From contig JAJCZD010000005.1 of the NCBI GenBank assembly GCA_029262615.1, forward strand, positions 265,317-329,316: a stretch of DNA of 64,000 bases, given 5' to 3'. Of this stretch, positions 27,932-39,053 are shown piece by piece; position 1 is the stretch's first letter, and each line of letters opens with the position of its first letter. The position numbers were made by a program, and so were the translations under genes. Below the pieces are notes generated by a model. The model worked only from the letters and a program-made list of their open reading frames with translations, searched no databases and was not told where the DNA came from. The stretch comes from Candidatus Babelota bacterium (GTDB lineage Bacteria; Babelota; Babeliae; Babelales; Vermiphilaceae).

Positions 27932-28648
27932 TTATTTTGATCCACGTACAAAGGCATCTATTTGTCCAAATTCAGATTTTTTGTTGAAGTAATGAGTTGA
28001 ATCTGCAGACTCAATAATTTTTCCATTTTTCATTAAATGAATCATGCAGGATAATTTTTCCAAAAGCATAGTGTCATGTGTTGCAATCAGAACAATGTAT
28101 CCTTGCTGAGCAAGTTCTTCAATAGTATTAGCAACTTGTGTTGTTAGAATAGGATCTAATGCTGAGGTTGGCTCATCCAAGCAAATTACTTTTGGTTTTA
28201 ATGCAAGAATTCGTACGAGTGCCAAGCGTTGCTTTTGGCCACCAGATAACTGCTTAGGAAATTTTTTTTCCTGTTCTTGCAAACCATATTTTTTTAGTAA
28301 TTTATGAGCAATTGTTTCTGCTTCTTTTTTATTTTTTCCAAGTACATTCTCAAGGGCCAGTGTAACATTTTGCAACACTGTTAGATGATCAAATAAGTTA
28401 AAGCTTTGAAAAACCATCCCGATGGTATGTTCTTTGTTTACTGTTTTTAAATCTAAGGTTTTGCCATCCAATAAAACAAAACCAGAATCAAGTTCGTCTA
28501 AATTATTTAAAACACGTAGCAGGGTTGATTTGCCTACTCCAGACGGCCCTAAAAAAACAGCAATCGATCCATGATCAACAGTGACATTAATAGTATCAAG
28601 AACTTTTTTTGTGCCGTATTTTTTGTTCAGATTTTTAAGATGTAACAT
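27932..28648 (-). CDS. Polar amino-acid ABC transporter ATP-binding protein (GlnQ-like)
   Basis: GPSGVGKST, LSGGQKQRLALVRILA and ICLDEPTSALDP. Confidence 0.9.
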   Translation of the reverse strand: MLHLKNLNKKYGTKKVLDTINVTVDHGSIAVFLGPSGVGKSTLLRVLNNLDELDSGFVLLDGKTLDLKTVNKEHTIGMVFQSFNLFDHLTVLQNVTLALENVLGKNKKEAETIAHKLLKKYGLQEQEKKFPKQLSGGQKQRLALVRILALKPKVICLDEPTSALDPILTTQVANTIEELAQQGYIVLIATHDTMLLEKLSCMIHLMKNGKIIESADSTHYFNKKSEFGQIDAFVRGSK

Positions 28649-29306
28649 GCCTAGTTATCCTTTTCTCCACATAATTAAGAATCTGTGAAAGGGTAAATGT
28701 TAGAATAAGATATATACAGGCAACAGCAAGATAAATACTCATAAAATCGTAGGTTGCACTGGAAATTTGGCTTGCTTCTTTTGTTAACTCAACAACACCA
28801 ATAGTGGATGCTAAACTTGAGTCTTTTACTAATGTAATCAATTCATTACCCAAAGCGGGAAATACGACAGCAAAAGCCTGTGGCAAAATGATAAAACGGA
28901 TAATTTGCCAGTGAGAAAATCCCATAACACGAGCCGCCTCAATTTGGCCCATGCTTACCGATTGTATTCCTGATTTGACAATTTGGCTTATATAGGCCGC
29001 ACTATTGAGGCCTATAGCCAGTGTTGCAGCCCAAAAACGGGGTAGTCCTAATCCTATTTGTGGTAGGAAATAAAACATTATTGCAATTTGAATCAGCATA
29101 GGCGTACCACGCATGATGGTGACGTAAGTCGAAATCAAAAACCTTAGTAGTTTGTTTTTACTTGTGTTTCCAAGGCCTAAAACGGTGCCAAATATAATAC
29201 CGATAAGCGTACCGAGTGTTGCAATTTCAAGTGTAGTAATTGTTCCACGCAGGAGTTTTGGAAATGAATCGACAATTAATTGAAAATCGATCATTAAAGA
29301 TTCCAT
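28635..29306 (-). CDS. Polar amino-acid ABC transporter permease (GlnP/HisM family)
   Basis: EAARVMGFSHWQIIRFIILPQA EAA-loop motif. 5 TM segments. Overlaps both neighbours. Confidence 0.9.
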   Translation of the reverse strand: MESLMIDFQLIVDSFPKLLRGTITTLEIATLGTLIGIIFGTVLGLGNTSKNKLLRFLISTYVTIMRGTPMLIQIAIMFYFLPQIGLGLPRFWAATLAIGLNSAAYISQIVKSGIQSVSMGQIEAARVMGFSHWQIIRFIILPQAFAVVFPALGNELITLVKDSSLASTIGVVELTKEASQISSATYDFMSIYLAVACIYLILTFTLSQILNYVEKRITRHVTS

Positions 29307-30058
29307 TTTTGTTTAAGGTGCTCGATGGTACCATCTTCTTGGAGCTCTTCAAGTACTTTTTGTATTTGTTCAAGTAATTTAGGAAATTTTTTAGATATCG
29401 CTAATGCAATAATTTCTTCTGTTTCTGGAATTACTGTAATAGAAAATTGTTCTTTTCCGTACTTGTCAAAAAATGGTGTTACGCTTGCTTGTGAACTTAC
29501 AAATGCATCAGCACGTTTGTTCTGCAGTGCTAAAAACGCTTCTGCGGGTGCTTTTAGTTTGACTAAGTGAGGGCCTTCTATATCAGACATAAAAAAATCT
29601 GCAGTAAATCCTTCATTTACAACCACATCTTTATCAATTAATTCTGAAAGTGTTTTTAGTGGGGCATCTGCGCGAGAAATGATCAAAAGTGAACCGCCAG
29701 TTAAGTATGGTTTTGTAAATAATAACCGTTTTGCTCGCTGGGCGGTGGGGCTTAGGCCAGTTGCAATAACTTGAATTTGTCCCAATTGTGTCTCGGGTAT
29801 CAAAGCGGTAAAGGGCATATCTCTTATTTCTATTTCTTTGTCTAGACGATTTACTACTTCTTTTACAAGGTCAATATCAAACCCTACAATCTGGTCATCT
29901 TTAATAAAAGAAAAAGGAGGGTATTCGGAATTGGTACCCACAATTATGGTTTTCTTCTCAAGGGCTCTTGTTGGCAGTGGGCATTGATTGTGGGAGTGCC
30001 AAATATAGGCAGTGCTTACGATTAATAGGCTGATCACAATGGGTATTAATTTATTCAT
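29294..30058 (-). CDS. Amino-acid ABC transporter substrate-binding protein (family 3 SBP)
   Basis: Signal peptide; IIVGTNSEYPPFSF...IVGFDIDLVKEV...ATGLSPTAQR, typical of GlnH/ArtJ-type binding proteins. Confidence 0.85.
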   Translation of the reverse strand: MNKLIPIVISLLIVSTAYIWHSHNQCPLPTRALEKKTIIVGTNSEYPPFSFIKDDQIVGFDIDLVKEVVNRLDKEIEIRDMPFTALIPETQLGQIQVIATGLSPTAQRAKRLLFTKPYLTGGSLLIISRADAPLKTLSELIDKDVVVNEGFTADFFMSDIEGPHLVKLKAPAEAFLALQNKRADAFVSSQASVTPFFDKYGKEQFSITVIPETEEIIALAISKKFPKLLEQIQKVLEELQEDGTIEHLKQKWNL

Positions 30059-30152
30059 TATTTTTTCCTAAACTCGACTGAAATCATATTATTTAAAATA
30101 ACATGAAGGCTCGATCTGTCCAGCTGTGAGGAAATAATAAGTTAATTTAGTA

Positions 30153-30950
30153 TTATCTATATTCAGGCCACTCAGGATTATACGCCGGCGGTCTGTTATT
30201 TTGCAGTGCGATTCGTAAATCATTTTTTTCAGTTATTGCACGGCATTGAGGGCAAGAATTTTTACGTTGATCAAAAAACCATTGCTGTGCACAGACTTTA
30301 CAAATATCATGGCCACAAGGCATTAAATAAATACGTTGGACATCTTTAAAAGAGTCAAAACATACGCAGCAATTCTCTGATGGGTATAAATCGTGATGGT
30401 GTTGTGTTTGAAGTGGCTGTTCAAATCGATTGCAACACTCTCGAGCTTTTTGTTTTAAGGCGTTACCAATGAAATTACGAAAAATACCATGAAATAAGAA
30501 ACTAGCAGATTGATGTTTTTTCTGTAGTTCACCAAGAATGCTCTTGGCTACTTTTTGGGAGATTGCATTATTTTTTGTTTTGTATAAAGCAGTATTGTAG
30601 CTTTTATTGTTTACAAATTTTTCTATTTCTTCGTTCATTGCGTATTGAATTGTTTTTTCATCAATGCTATTTGACCAGTGTCGTAATAAATTCCAAGCAA
30701 TACCCAAGCGAATGTTATTATTATTAAGGATATTTCTTTCAATTTCTTTAATATCTTCTACTACACAATCATTATTTTTACGATCATATTTTTGTAGGGC
30801 TTCCAAATCATTATACCCTTCACCACCAGGCATTGGATCAAATACTTGAATAAGGGTACCAAGAACATATTCTTCAACATCATATATCATTTGGCCAAAA
30901 GACTGATGAATCATGCATGTTGCAAGAAACAAAAATATATATTTTTTCAT
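30153..30950 (-). CDS. Secreted/anchored RING-HC (C3HC4) finger protein with C-terminal PPxY motif, eukaryote-like E3 ligase candidate
   Basis: CCVCFDSFKDVQRIYLMPCGHDICKVCAQQWFFDQRKNSCPQC fits C-x2-C-x14-C-x-H-x2-C-x2-C-x12-C-x2-C. PPAY lies 10 aa from the C-terminus. Leader MKKYIFLFLATCMIHQSFG (ATG 30950 preferred over the 30995 extension). Confidence 0.8.
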   Translation of the reverse strand: MKKYIFLFLATCMIHQSFGQMIYDVEEYVLGTLIQVFDPMPGGEGYNDLEALQKYDRKNNDCVVEDIKEIERNILNNNNIRLGIAWNLLRHWSNSIDEKTIQYAMNEEIEKFVNNKSYNTALYKTKNNAISQKVAKSILGELQKKHQSASFLFHGIFRNFIGNALKQKARECCNRFEQPLQTQHHHDLYPSENCCVCFDSFKDVQRIYLMPCGHDICKVCAQQWFFDQRKNSCPQCRAITEKNDLRIALQNNRPPAYNPEWPEYR

Positions 30951-31009
30951 AATTAACCTTTTTTCAATGAGGTGATTTAACCTTAGATTAAGCACTTTTT
31001 AGCTTTTGG

Positions 31010-32620
31010 TCAAAATAATTCTTTAATTAATTCATCAACTTGTCTTTGTGATATGTCACCCATTGCACGGTAAAACTCATCATCATATTCACGTGTTTGT
31101 ACTACCACGGGCATGGCAAGGGCATGGCCCATCAAAAGAGCTTGTTTTTTGGAGTCAAGTGATGCCAAAACAGAACGTAAGTTAGTTGCATTATTAATGC
31201 CAGTTAGCACTGCGGCAATGTCTTTTTCATCATTTAGTTGGGCAACAATTTTGGTACCAATTTGCGAAATAATTTCTTGATCAATGCCAGAAGGACGCTG
31301 GTCTACTACTAATAAAGAAACATAATATTTGCGCATCTCTCGCGCAATAGTACCAAAAATAGTTTGTTTTGCCGCAGCAGGGTTTAGAAATTTGTGTGCT
31401 TCTTCAATGGTGATCATGAGTTTTTTTGGTTCATCATCTTTTTTTTGTGAACCTAAAAATTTTTCCGTTTTTGCAACATATTCCTTATGTATGCGACGGG
31501 TAATAACATTTGCAATCAGCAAATATACAAACGTTGAGGTGTAATTACCAAATTCAATAATAATGCTAATATCTTTCTCGATGAACTCCATCATTTGGTC
31601 AATCACAGAATAATCTTTTGTTGCAGTCCCAGGCATGCGGGCTTTAAAGAATGGTAAACGCTCAACTCGTTTTAATTTTCGATATAATGCCGCAATCGAT
31701 TCTGGATGGGCACCAATTGATTGGGCAAACTCTTTTGCATTATGCCCTTGCGCGAGTAGTGCCTGCAGCCAATCTTGCTTGTACTTTGCCGCAATCAAAT
31801 AAGCTGCTTCTAAGGCGGTTGAGTGGAGATTCAGTTCACTTTGTAGTGATAAAATATCCTCAACATGGATTGACTGATAAGATAATGTTAATTCAACGTC
31901 CGGCTGGCCACCACGCCGACGGGTTGATTCAGGATCTAAAGAAAATATTGCAACCTTATTACCAAAAAGCGTTTTGAGGCCTTTAACAAATGATTTACCG
32001 CCGCCTTCTTTGCGTGCTTGCAAGCCGTACTCACTGTGCATATCAAAAATTAAATTTACTGCTTTATTATTTTTTATTAAACCGGCCAAAACTAATCGTG
32101 TTAAAAACGTTTTTCCAGTGCCGGTTTTGCCAAAAATGCCGTTTGAGCGCTCAGTTAACTTTTCCAGATCCAAACATACGGGTGTTTGCATATCAAGTGG
32201 CTTGCCAATATTAAAGTAGTTTTTGCTTGGATCATCCTCATCACCAAAAATAAGTGCAACATCTTTGTTGGTTGCCTCATGCACCTGAGCAAAGTGTGGT
32301 GGGATAGTTTTTACCGGCATTTTTTTATTTTCTCTATCAAGCATGAGCATCGGTTTTAAATTTGCCGTTGCATACATATCCTTGCGCTTGAGCATATCTT
32401 TGAGTAGTGTTTCATGCTCCTGTGGTGGATATAAAAAAATATCTTGATTAGTAACCTCTAATGATAAATCAGTAATTAATGAAAAGAATTTATACTGATT
32501 ACCAGAAATGCACACAAACTTGCCCGTTTTAATATCCTCAAGATCAGTTTGTGGGCACAAACGCATAATAAAACCGTCGGTTAATGAACCACCACAAATG
32601 GTGCCAAGTAATTTCTTCAT
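31010..32620 (-). CDS. HerA-like (DUF87) P-loop ATPase
   Basis: N-terminal HAS-barrel-like segment (GKFVCISGNQYKFFSLITDL), Walker A GIFGKTGTGKTF, Walker B MITIEEAHKFL, VVDQRPSGI. ATGA overlap with the upstream gene. Confidence 0.75.
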   Translation of the reverse strand: MKKLLGTICGGSLTDGFIMRLCPQTDLEDIKTGKFVCISGNQYKFFSLITDLSLEVTNQDIFLYPPQEHETLLKDMLKRKDMYATANLKPMLMLDRENKKMPVKTIPPHFAQVHEATNKDVALIFGDEDDPSKNYFNIGKPLDMQTPVCLDLEKLTERSNGIFGKTGTGKTFLTRLVLAGLIKNNKAVNLIFDMHSEYGLQARKEGGGKSFVKGLKTLFGNKVAIFSLDPESTRRRGGQPDVELTLSYQSIHVEDILSLQSELNLHSTALEAAYLIAAKYKQDWLQALLAQGHNAKEFAQSIGAHPESIAALYRKLKRVERLPFFKARMPGTATKDYSVIDQMMEFIEKDISIIIEFGNYTSTFVYLLIANVITRRIHKEYVAKTEKFLGSQKKDDEPKKLMITIEEAHKFLNPAAAKQTIFGTIAREMRKYYVSLLVVDQRPSGIDQEIISQIGTKIVAQLNDEKDIAAVLTGINNATNLRSVLASLDSKKQALLMGHALAMPVVVQTREYDDEFYRAMGDISQRQVDELIKELF

Positions 32621-34005
32621 TCACTCTTTTCTATGAATTGATTAAACCATTTTTGCATTCGTGAGAAGCTATTTTTGTTTATTTCCTGGTATGAATAGGC
32701 ATATTTTTCAGGACTCACATTTGTCGATTTTACATTACAATTCGCAAAGCAGAATTCATCAGGTTTTAATTGTTTTTGTTTTGTGATAAAGAACTTTGCT
32801 AATTGTGCATAATCTTTTTTATAGATAAGAATTAATGTATCAATGGTTGGTTGTGCACCAAACATAATTGCCAGTTTCATGTGCTTTTCTTGATCTGCAT
32901 TATTTTCTAATAACTCAAAGTCTTCTAAGACAGCATCTTTTTCTGATTGCTGATATGTTTTAAATTGTTGCCAAAAAGGATTCGCATATAATCCTTTCCT
33001 TTTTAAATATCGTTTAGTCTCTTGTAGATTAGATTTTGGATTAAATCCCTTAAGAAATTGTACTTCATCGAATATTTCAAAAATACCAATGTGCCGAACA
33101 AATTGATAAATATTAACATCATTTCGTGCCTTTAGCGCGAGGTGATTTAACCATTTTTCCTTAAAAAAATCGCAGCGAGATAGTTTCAATCCTGCACATG
33201 CAATTAAAAATAGTAACTTACTATCCTCAAGACCTGGGTTATATTCTCTATTGGCTTCAAAACAGGCAGACCAAAGAGTTCTTTTTGTTGGTTGAGCACC
33301 ATTTTCAATGGCTTTAATAAAATATTTTGTGTCACAATGAATAATATCTAATGCATACAAAATATCATTTTTTTCTTCTTGTGGTTTTTTTTCAAACTCA
33401 GAAAAATCTTCATATATGCCAATTTCTTTAAGTAGCTCATTTTTCTTCTCGTTATTATCCCAGCGAATTGCCCAGAGAGCTTTTGGTCCAGATTCCTTTG
33501 AACCATATTCCTCAAAGTTATGTCTAACTTCATCTGCCTTTTTTTGCCAATAATCCTTTATTACAAGTAATTTTTTGCATTTTTGGCACCATTCAAGAAA
33601 AGCATTAGTATTTTGTGCAACATGCGCCTTTTCTGGATCTGCACCATTTTTTAATAATAGTTGACAAAGAGATGTAAAAACCTTGTCATTATTTGCATTT
33701 GATTCGCAAAATTCTTTCCATAGATATGCTAAGGGTGTACCCGTTATTACATCATCTGCATTGGCATTTAAATCAAGCTTATCTTTCACCAACCAATATG
33801 ATGGTATTTGCAAAAGATCATCAATATTTTTATAGGGTTCTCGTTTTTGTAAGTAATATTTTAAATTTTGGTTGATTTCCAGGTTTACCAACCATGATTG
33901 GCTAGTCGTTCTAGTAGTATCACCGTTGTCATTTGATTCAATTTCGTTCATTGCGATTAAAGAACATGTTTTTGCAAGTAACAAAATTAGTAGAATTTTT
34001 TTCAT
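32617..34005 (-). CDS. Secreted hypothetical protein with degenerate ankyrin-like segments
   Basis: Leader MKKILLILLLAKTCSLIA-M. Segments GTPLAYLW...LCQLLLKNGADPEK, IKAIENGAQPT and AIMFGAQPT resemble decayed ANK repeats. Low certainty on the domain. Confidence 0.45.
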   Translation of the reverse strand: MKKILLILLLAKTCSLIAMNEIESNDNGDTTRTTSQSWLVNLEINQNLKYYLQKREPYKNIDDLLQIPSYWLVKDKLDLNANADDVITGTPLAYLWKEFCESNANNDKVFTSLCQLLLKNGADPEKAHVAQNTNAFLEWCQKCKKLLVIKDYWQKKADEVRHNFEEYGSKESGPKALWAIRWDNNEKKNELLKEIGIYEDFSEFEKKPQEEKNDILYALDIIHCDTKYFIKAIENGAQPTKRTLWSACFEANREYNPGLEDSKLLFLIACAGLKLSRCDFFKEKWLNHLALKARNDVNIYQFVRHIGIFEIFDEVQFLKGFNPKSNLQETKRYLKRKGLYANPFWQQFKTYQQSEKDAVLEDFELLENNADQEKHMKLAIMFGAQPTIDTLILIYKKDYAQLAKFFITKQKQLKPDEFCFANCNVKSTNVSPEKYAYSYQEINKNSFSRMQKWFNQFIEKSE

Positions 34006-34016
34006 ATTTATTTCTC

Positions 34017-34616
34017 TTAGTAGTTTTGTTCTTTTCCTCGATAAAAACCATAAATATACACACTTGTAATAAGAAAAACTCCAGCACTATCTTTCGGAGA
34101 TTGAGGTCTTTTATCAAGCATATATTTATTAATATATCTGGGTCGTGGAATATCTTTCTTGCACAATGAATATATTTTTCCTTCTTTATCCTTAAAAAAC
34201 GGAGAATTAGATGCATTTATCGCTAAAAGAATTGGTTTTTCACTTTTAGTTTTTGCAGGGATTTTTATTACAAATTTGGAAATACTTTTAAGGTCCTCAA
34301 TTGCTGGTTCCTCATCAAACAAATCACTATATCCTAAAGCATCATCGTATCTTGAGCCAATATTAGCCAATTTAAAATAAATCTCACTGCAAAATAGGAT
34401 TTTATTAGGCCATTTATCTATTTTTTTTGGATTATGAAGTTTGACACTTGGTAACGATTCTATTGACCTGTAATATTTTAAATCATTTATAGTTAAGAAT
34501 GAAACTGGTACATCCAATAATGGCAGTTTCTTTTGACAATAATCTTGTTTATGTGGCTCCATTGAAATCAAAAAAACTGTTTTTAGTAGTAGTATGATTA
34601 CTAGAATTTTTTTCAT
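34017..34616 (-). CDS. Secreted hypothetical protein
   Basis: Leader MKKILVIILLLKTVFLIS-M is ~75% identical at the DNA level to the leader of the downstream neighbour (32617-34005). No known domain recognised. Confidence 0.5.
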   Translation of the reverse strand: MKKILVIILLLKTVFLISMEPHKQDYCQKKLPLLDVPVSFLTINDLKYYRSIESLPSVKLHNPKKIDKWPNKILFCSEIYFKLANIGSRYDDALGYSDLFDEEPAIEDLKSISKFVIKIPAKTKSEKPILLAINASNSPFFKDKEGKIYSLCKKDIPRPRYINKYMLDKRPQSPKDSAGVFLITSVYIYGFYRGKEQNY

Positions 34617-35332
34617 TTGTTTTCCTCTTTTTGTGCACGTACAATCCTAACTGGAGGAAATAAAAGCCATTGCAAACCAGATCTTTTTACGTTTTGCATG
34701 CCGAGTTTTTTTAAAACTTGTTCATATTCTTTGGTATGTTGGAAATCTTGAATCAAAACTATGCCACCTGGCTTTAAAACTCGTTTGATCTCTTGCAATG
34801 CCTTTTTACGCTCATCTTTGTTGTAAATATTATGAATAGTCATAGAGGAAACAATAATATTAAAGGTATTATCATCAAACGGCATGGTGCGAACATCTGC
34901 ATCCATTAATTTTATTTGGTTCTCTACCTGTTCTTTGTGAGTGTTTTTTAGAGTTGCTTCTTTTGTGTTGCCTGATAGATCTTCGGCTTGCCAAATATCA
35001 ATACCAACTGCTTTACCAGTTTTCAATTGTTTTGCTGCGGTTATTAAAAGTAATCCACGCCCGCAACCAATATCTAAAAGGGTTTCATCACCTTTTAACG
35101 ATAATGAATTGATCAATCTTTTTGCTTGCCATTTTTTGCCCACAAGGCTGCTTAAGATCATTAGCAAAGAAAATAATAAACAAATAATTGCAGAGCCGAA
35201 GAATAAAATAAGAACTAGAATACGGAAAAAATAGAGATTGTAATAAAGGCCTAAAGCAAAAATTAAACACGCAATACCTTGCAAAAATAAATTACGTATT
35301 ATTTTTGGTGCATCAATGCCATAGTTTGTCAT
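34613..35332 (-). CDS. Class I SAM-dependent methyltransferase with two N-terminal TM helices
   Basis: Motif I LLDIGCGRGLL, post-I VGIDI, LKPGGIVLIQDF. ATGA overlaps at both ends. Confidence 0.8.
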   Translation of the reverse strand: MTNYGIDAPKIIRNLFLQGIACLIFALGLYYNLYFFRILVLILFFGSAIICLLFSLLMILSSLVGKKWQAKRLINSLSLKGDETLLDIGCGRGLLLITAAKQLKTGKAVGIDIWQAEDLSGNTKEATLKNTHKEQVENQIKLMDADVRTMPFDDNTFNIIVSSMTIHNIYNKDERKKALQEIKRVLKPGGIVLIQDFQHTKEYEQVLKKLGMQNVKRSGLQWLLFPPVRIVRAQKEENK

Positions 35333-35577
35333 GGTTTTTCTTTTTGAATCAAAATAGTAACTTGCTGCCGAGTAATATCAGCAATGCCAGCTTGAATCAC
35401 AACTTTTTTTTCTTTTTTATTATGTAGAAAAACAATTGGTTGTTGTTCTTTTAAAATTAATATAGTTGGCGCATGGCCTTCTTGAACGATAAAATTGCCG
35501 GTGTCAGTGCGTAGTTCTACCCATTCAATATCTTTATAACTATCTTTTTTAAAAGGAGATAAAATAGTTAACTGCAT
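35329..35577 (-). CDS. atpC: F1 ATP synthase epsilon subunit, N-terminal beta-sandwich only (82 aa)
   Basis: Lies immediately (2 nt) downstream of atpD. LTILSP...VELRTDTGNFIVQEGHAPTILIL...AGIADI follows the epsilon N-domain pattern. No C-terminal helical hairpin is encoded. Confidence 0.75.
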   Translation of the reverse strand: MQLTILSPFKKDSYKDIEWVELRTDTGNFIVQEGHAPTILILKEQQPIVFLHNKKEKKVVIQAGIADITRQQVTILIQKEKP

Positions 35578-35579
35578 GT

Positions 35580-37212
<1,633 letters not shown>

Positions 37213-37333
37213 AGAAAGGTGTCCTATGAGGGTTGCTGTATGGCTGAATAACCCAAAAATGGGGTATAAGCGCAAGAATTAACATCAGTCAGCCAATAAG
37301 AGATTTATCTCTTTATATTCATATAGGAAAAAA

Positions 37334-39007
37334 ATGAAATTTACCGATTTATCTTTATTACCCGAAATTATACAAGCTCTTGAAAAATTAGGATTTGAAT
37401 CTCCTACCGAAATTCAAGAAAAAGCCATTCCATTATTATTAGAAAAAAACATCGACTTTCATGGTCAAGCTCAAACAGGTACGGGAAAAACGCTTGCATT
37501 TGGCATTCCATTATTGCAATTGATTGATCGCTCTTCCAAAAATACCCAAGCTCTAATTATTGCTCCCACAAGAGAGTTGGTAAACCAAATAACTCAAAGC
37601 ATGGATGATGCAGCTCGATTCATGAAAGATGTAGCTATTGCGCCAGTTTATGGTGGTGTTTCAATTGTAAACCAAATTAGGCAACTAAAAAAAGGGGTGC
37701 AAATTGTTGTTGGTACTCCTGGCCGTTTAAATGATCATTTAAAACGTGGCACTCTGCAATTGAAAAATTTAAAAACTATTGTGCTTGATGAGGCTGATAT
37801 CATGCTGGATATGGGATTCAAGCAAGAAATAAATGATATTTTAAAACATGCACCAAAGAGTAAAACTATCTGGCTTTTTTCTGCAACGGTTAAAAAAGGT
37901 ATCAAAGATCTCATGAAATCTCACATGCATAATCCGGCTTCTTTGCGGGTAAGCAAATCAGATGTAGGGTCTGCAAACACAGAGCAATTTTTTTCTATTG
38001 TTCCACAAAGAAATCGTATTGTTGCATTAATGAGGTTTATCGATGTTGCACCAGATTTTTATGGTTTTGTTTTTTGTCGCACAAAAATATTAACAGGACA
38101 AGTGGCAGAAACACTTGCAAAGGCTGGTTATACCGCACTTGCATTACATGGTGATATGAATCAGGTTCAACGGAATAAAGTGATTAAGCGCTTTAAAAAT
38201 AAAGAATTTTCTATTTTAGTAGCTACCGATGTTGCGGCTAGAGGGATCGATGTTGCTGATGCAACGCATGTGGTTAACTTTTCGTTTCCAGAGGACCCTG
38301 AGAGTTATGTCCATCGTATTGGTAGAACTGGTCGTGCTGGTAAAAAAGGAATTGCCATTACCTTTATCTCTCGGAGTGAATTACGATTGATTTCTATGAT
38401 TAAACGTAAATTTAATATTGATATTCAAGCTCTGGATGTTCCAAGCACGCAAGAGATTATGAGCGTTCGGGTAAGCCAAGCTCAACAATATTTAGATTCT
38501 CTTAATATAAAAGATATTTTTGAACATAATATAATGAAAGAATTGCATACCTTGGTACAAGGGATCCCCCAAGAAAAGCTGGTTAAAGTGGTAGTAAAAC
38601 TTTTACATGATTCCTATTTTAAAGAAAAAGAAAATGGAGTTAGCTTTTCTTCCTCAAAGGATGTTTCATTAGATGCTGCGGATCATGAAATGCAAGAAAT
38701 CTACCTTAATGTAGGATCTGATGATGGTATTAGTGCAGAAGATGTTTTTGATTTTGTTGAGGAGTATGCAAAAGTTAGCTCTGATCAATTACAAAAAGTG
38801 AAGCTCTTAAAACGTCGTTGTTATATCGTTTCTACCGGCAAAGCGATAACGGTTATAATGAACAAGGTCCGCGGTAAAAAGCTTGGCGGTCGTAGAGTTA
38901 TGGCTTTTGTGAGTGATGATTATATACCGCAGGGTGGGCAACGGTCAAGAGAGCGGCGCCCAGCTAGAGGACGACGCCCTAGCAGAAGATTTAAATCTAA
39001 AAAATAA
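37334..39007 (+). CDS. deaD: DEAD-box ATP-dependent RNA helicase (DeaD/CsdA-like) with DbpA-type C-domain and Arg-rich tail
   Basis: Q-motif, AQTGTGKT, PTRELV, DEAD (VLDEADIML), SAT, HRIGRTGRAG. C-terminal tail RSRERRPARGRRPSRRFKSKK. Confidence 0.9.
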   Translation: MKFTDLSLLPEIIQALEKLGFESPTEIQEKAIPLLLEKNIDFHGQAQTGTGKTLAFGIPLLQLIDRSSKNTQALIIAPTRELVNQITQSMDDAARFMKDVAIAPVYGGVSIVNQIRQLKKGVQIVVGTPGRLNDHLKRGTLQLKNLKTIVLDEADIMLDMGFKQEINDILKHAPKSKTIWLFSATVKKGIKDLMKSHMHNPASLRVSKSDVGSANTEQFFSIVPQRNRIVALMRFIDVAPDFYGFVFCRTKILTGQVAETLAKAGYTALALHGDMNQVQRNKVIKRFKNKEFSILVATDVAARGIDVADATHVVNFSFPEDPESYVHRIGRTGRAGKKGIAITFISRSELRLISMIKRKFNIDIQALDVPSTQEIMSVRVSQAQQYLDSLNIKDIFEHNIMKELHTLVQGIPQEKLVKVVVKLLHDSYFKEKENGVSFSSSKDVSLDAADHEMQEIYLNVGSDDGISAEDVFDFVEEYAKVSSDQLQKVKLLKRRCYIVSTGKAITVIMNKVRGKKLGGRRVMAFVSDDYIPQGGQRSRERRPARGRRPSRRFKSKK

Positions 39008-39014
39008 TTGTTAC

Positions 39015-39043
39015 GAGTCAGAATCTATACCAGATTCTGACTC
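39015..39043. terminator. Bidirectional hairpin between convergent genes
   Basis: GAGTCAGAATC (39015-39025), loop TATACCA, GATTCTGACTC (39033-39043): a perfect 11-bp stem. Sits in the 46-nt gap between the deaD stop and the 39054 gene stop. Confidence 0.55.
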
Positions 39044-39053
39044 TGACTAACTA

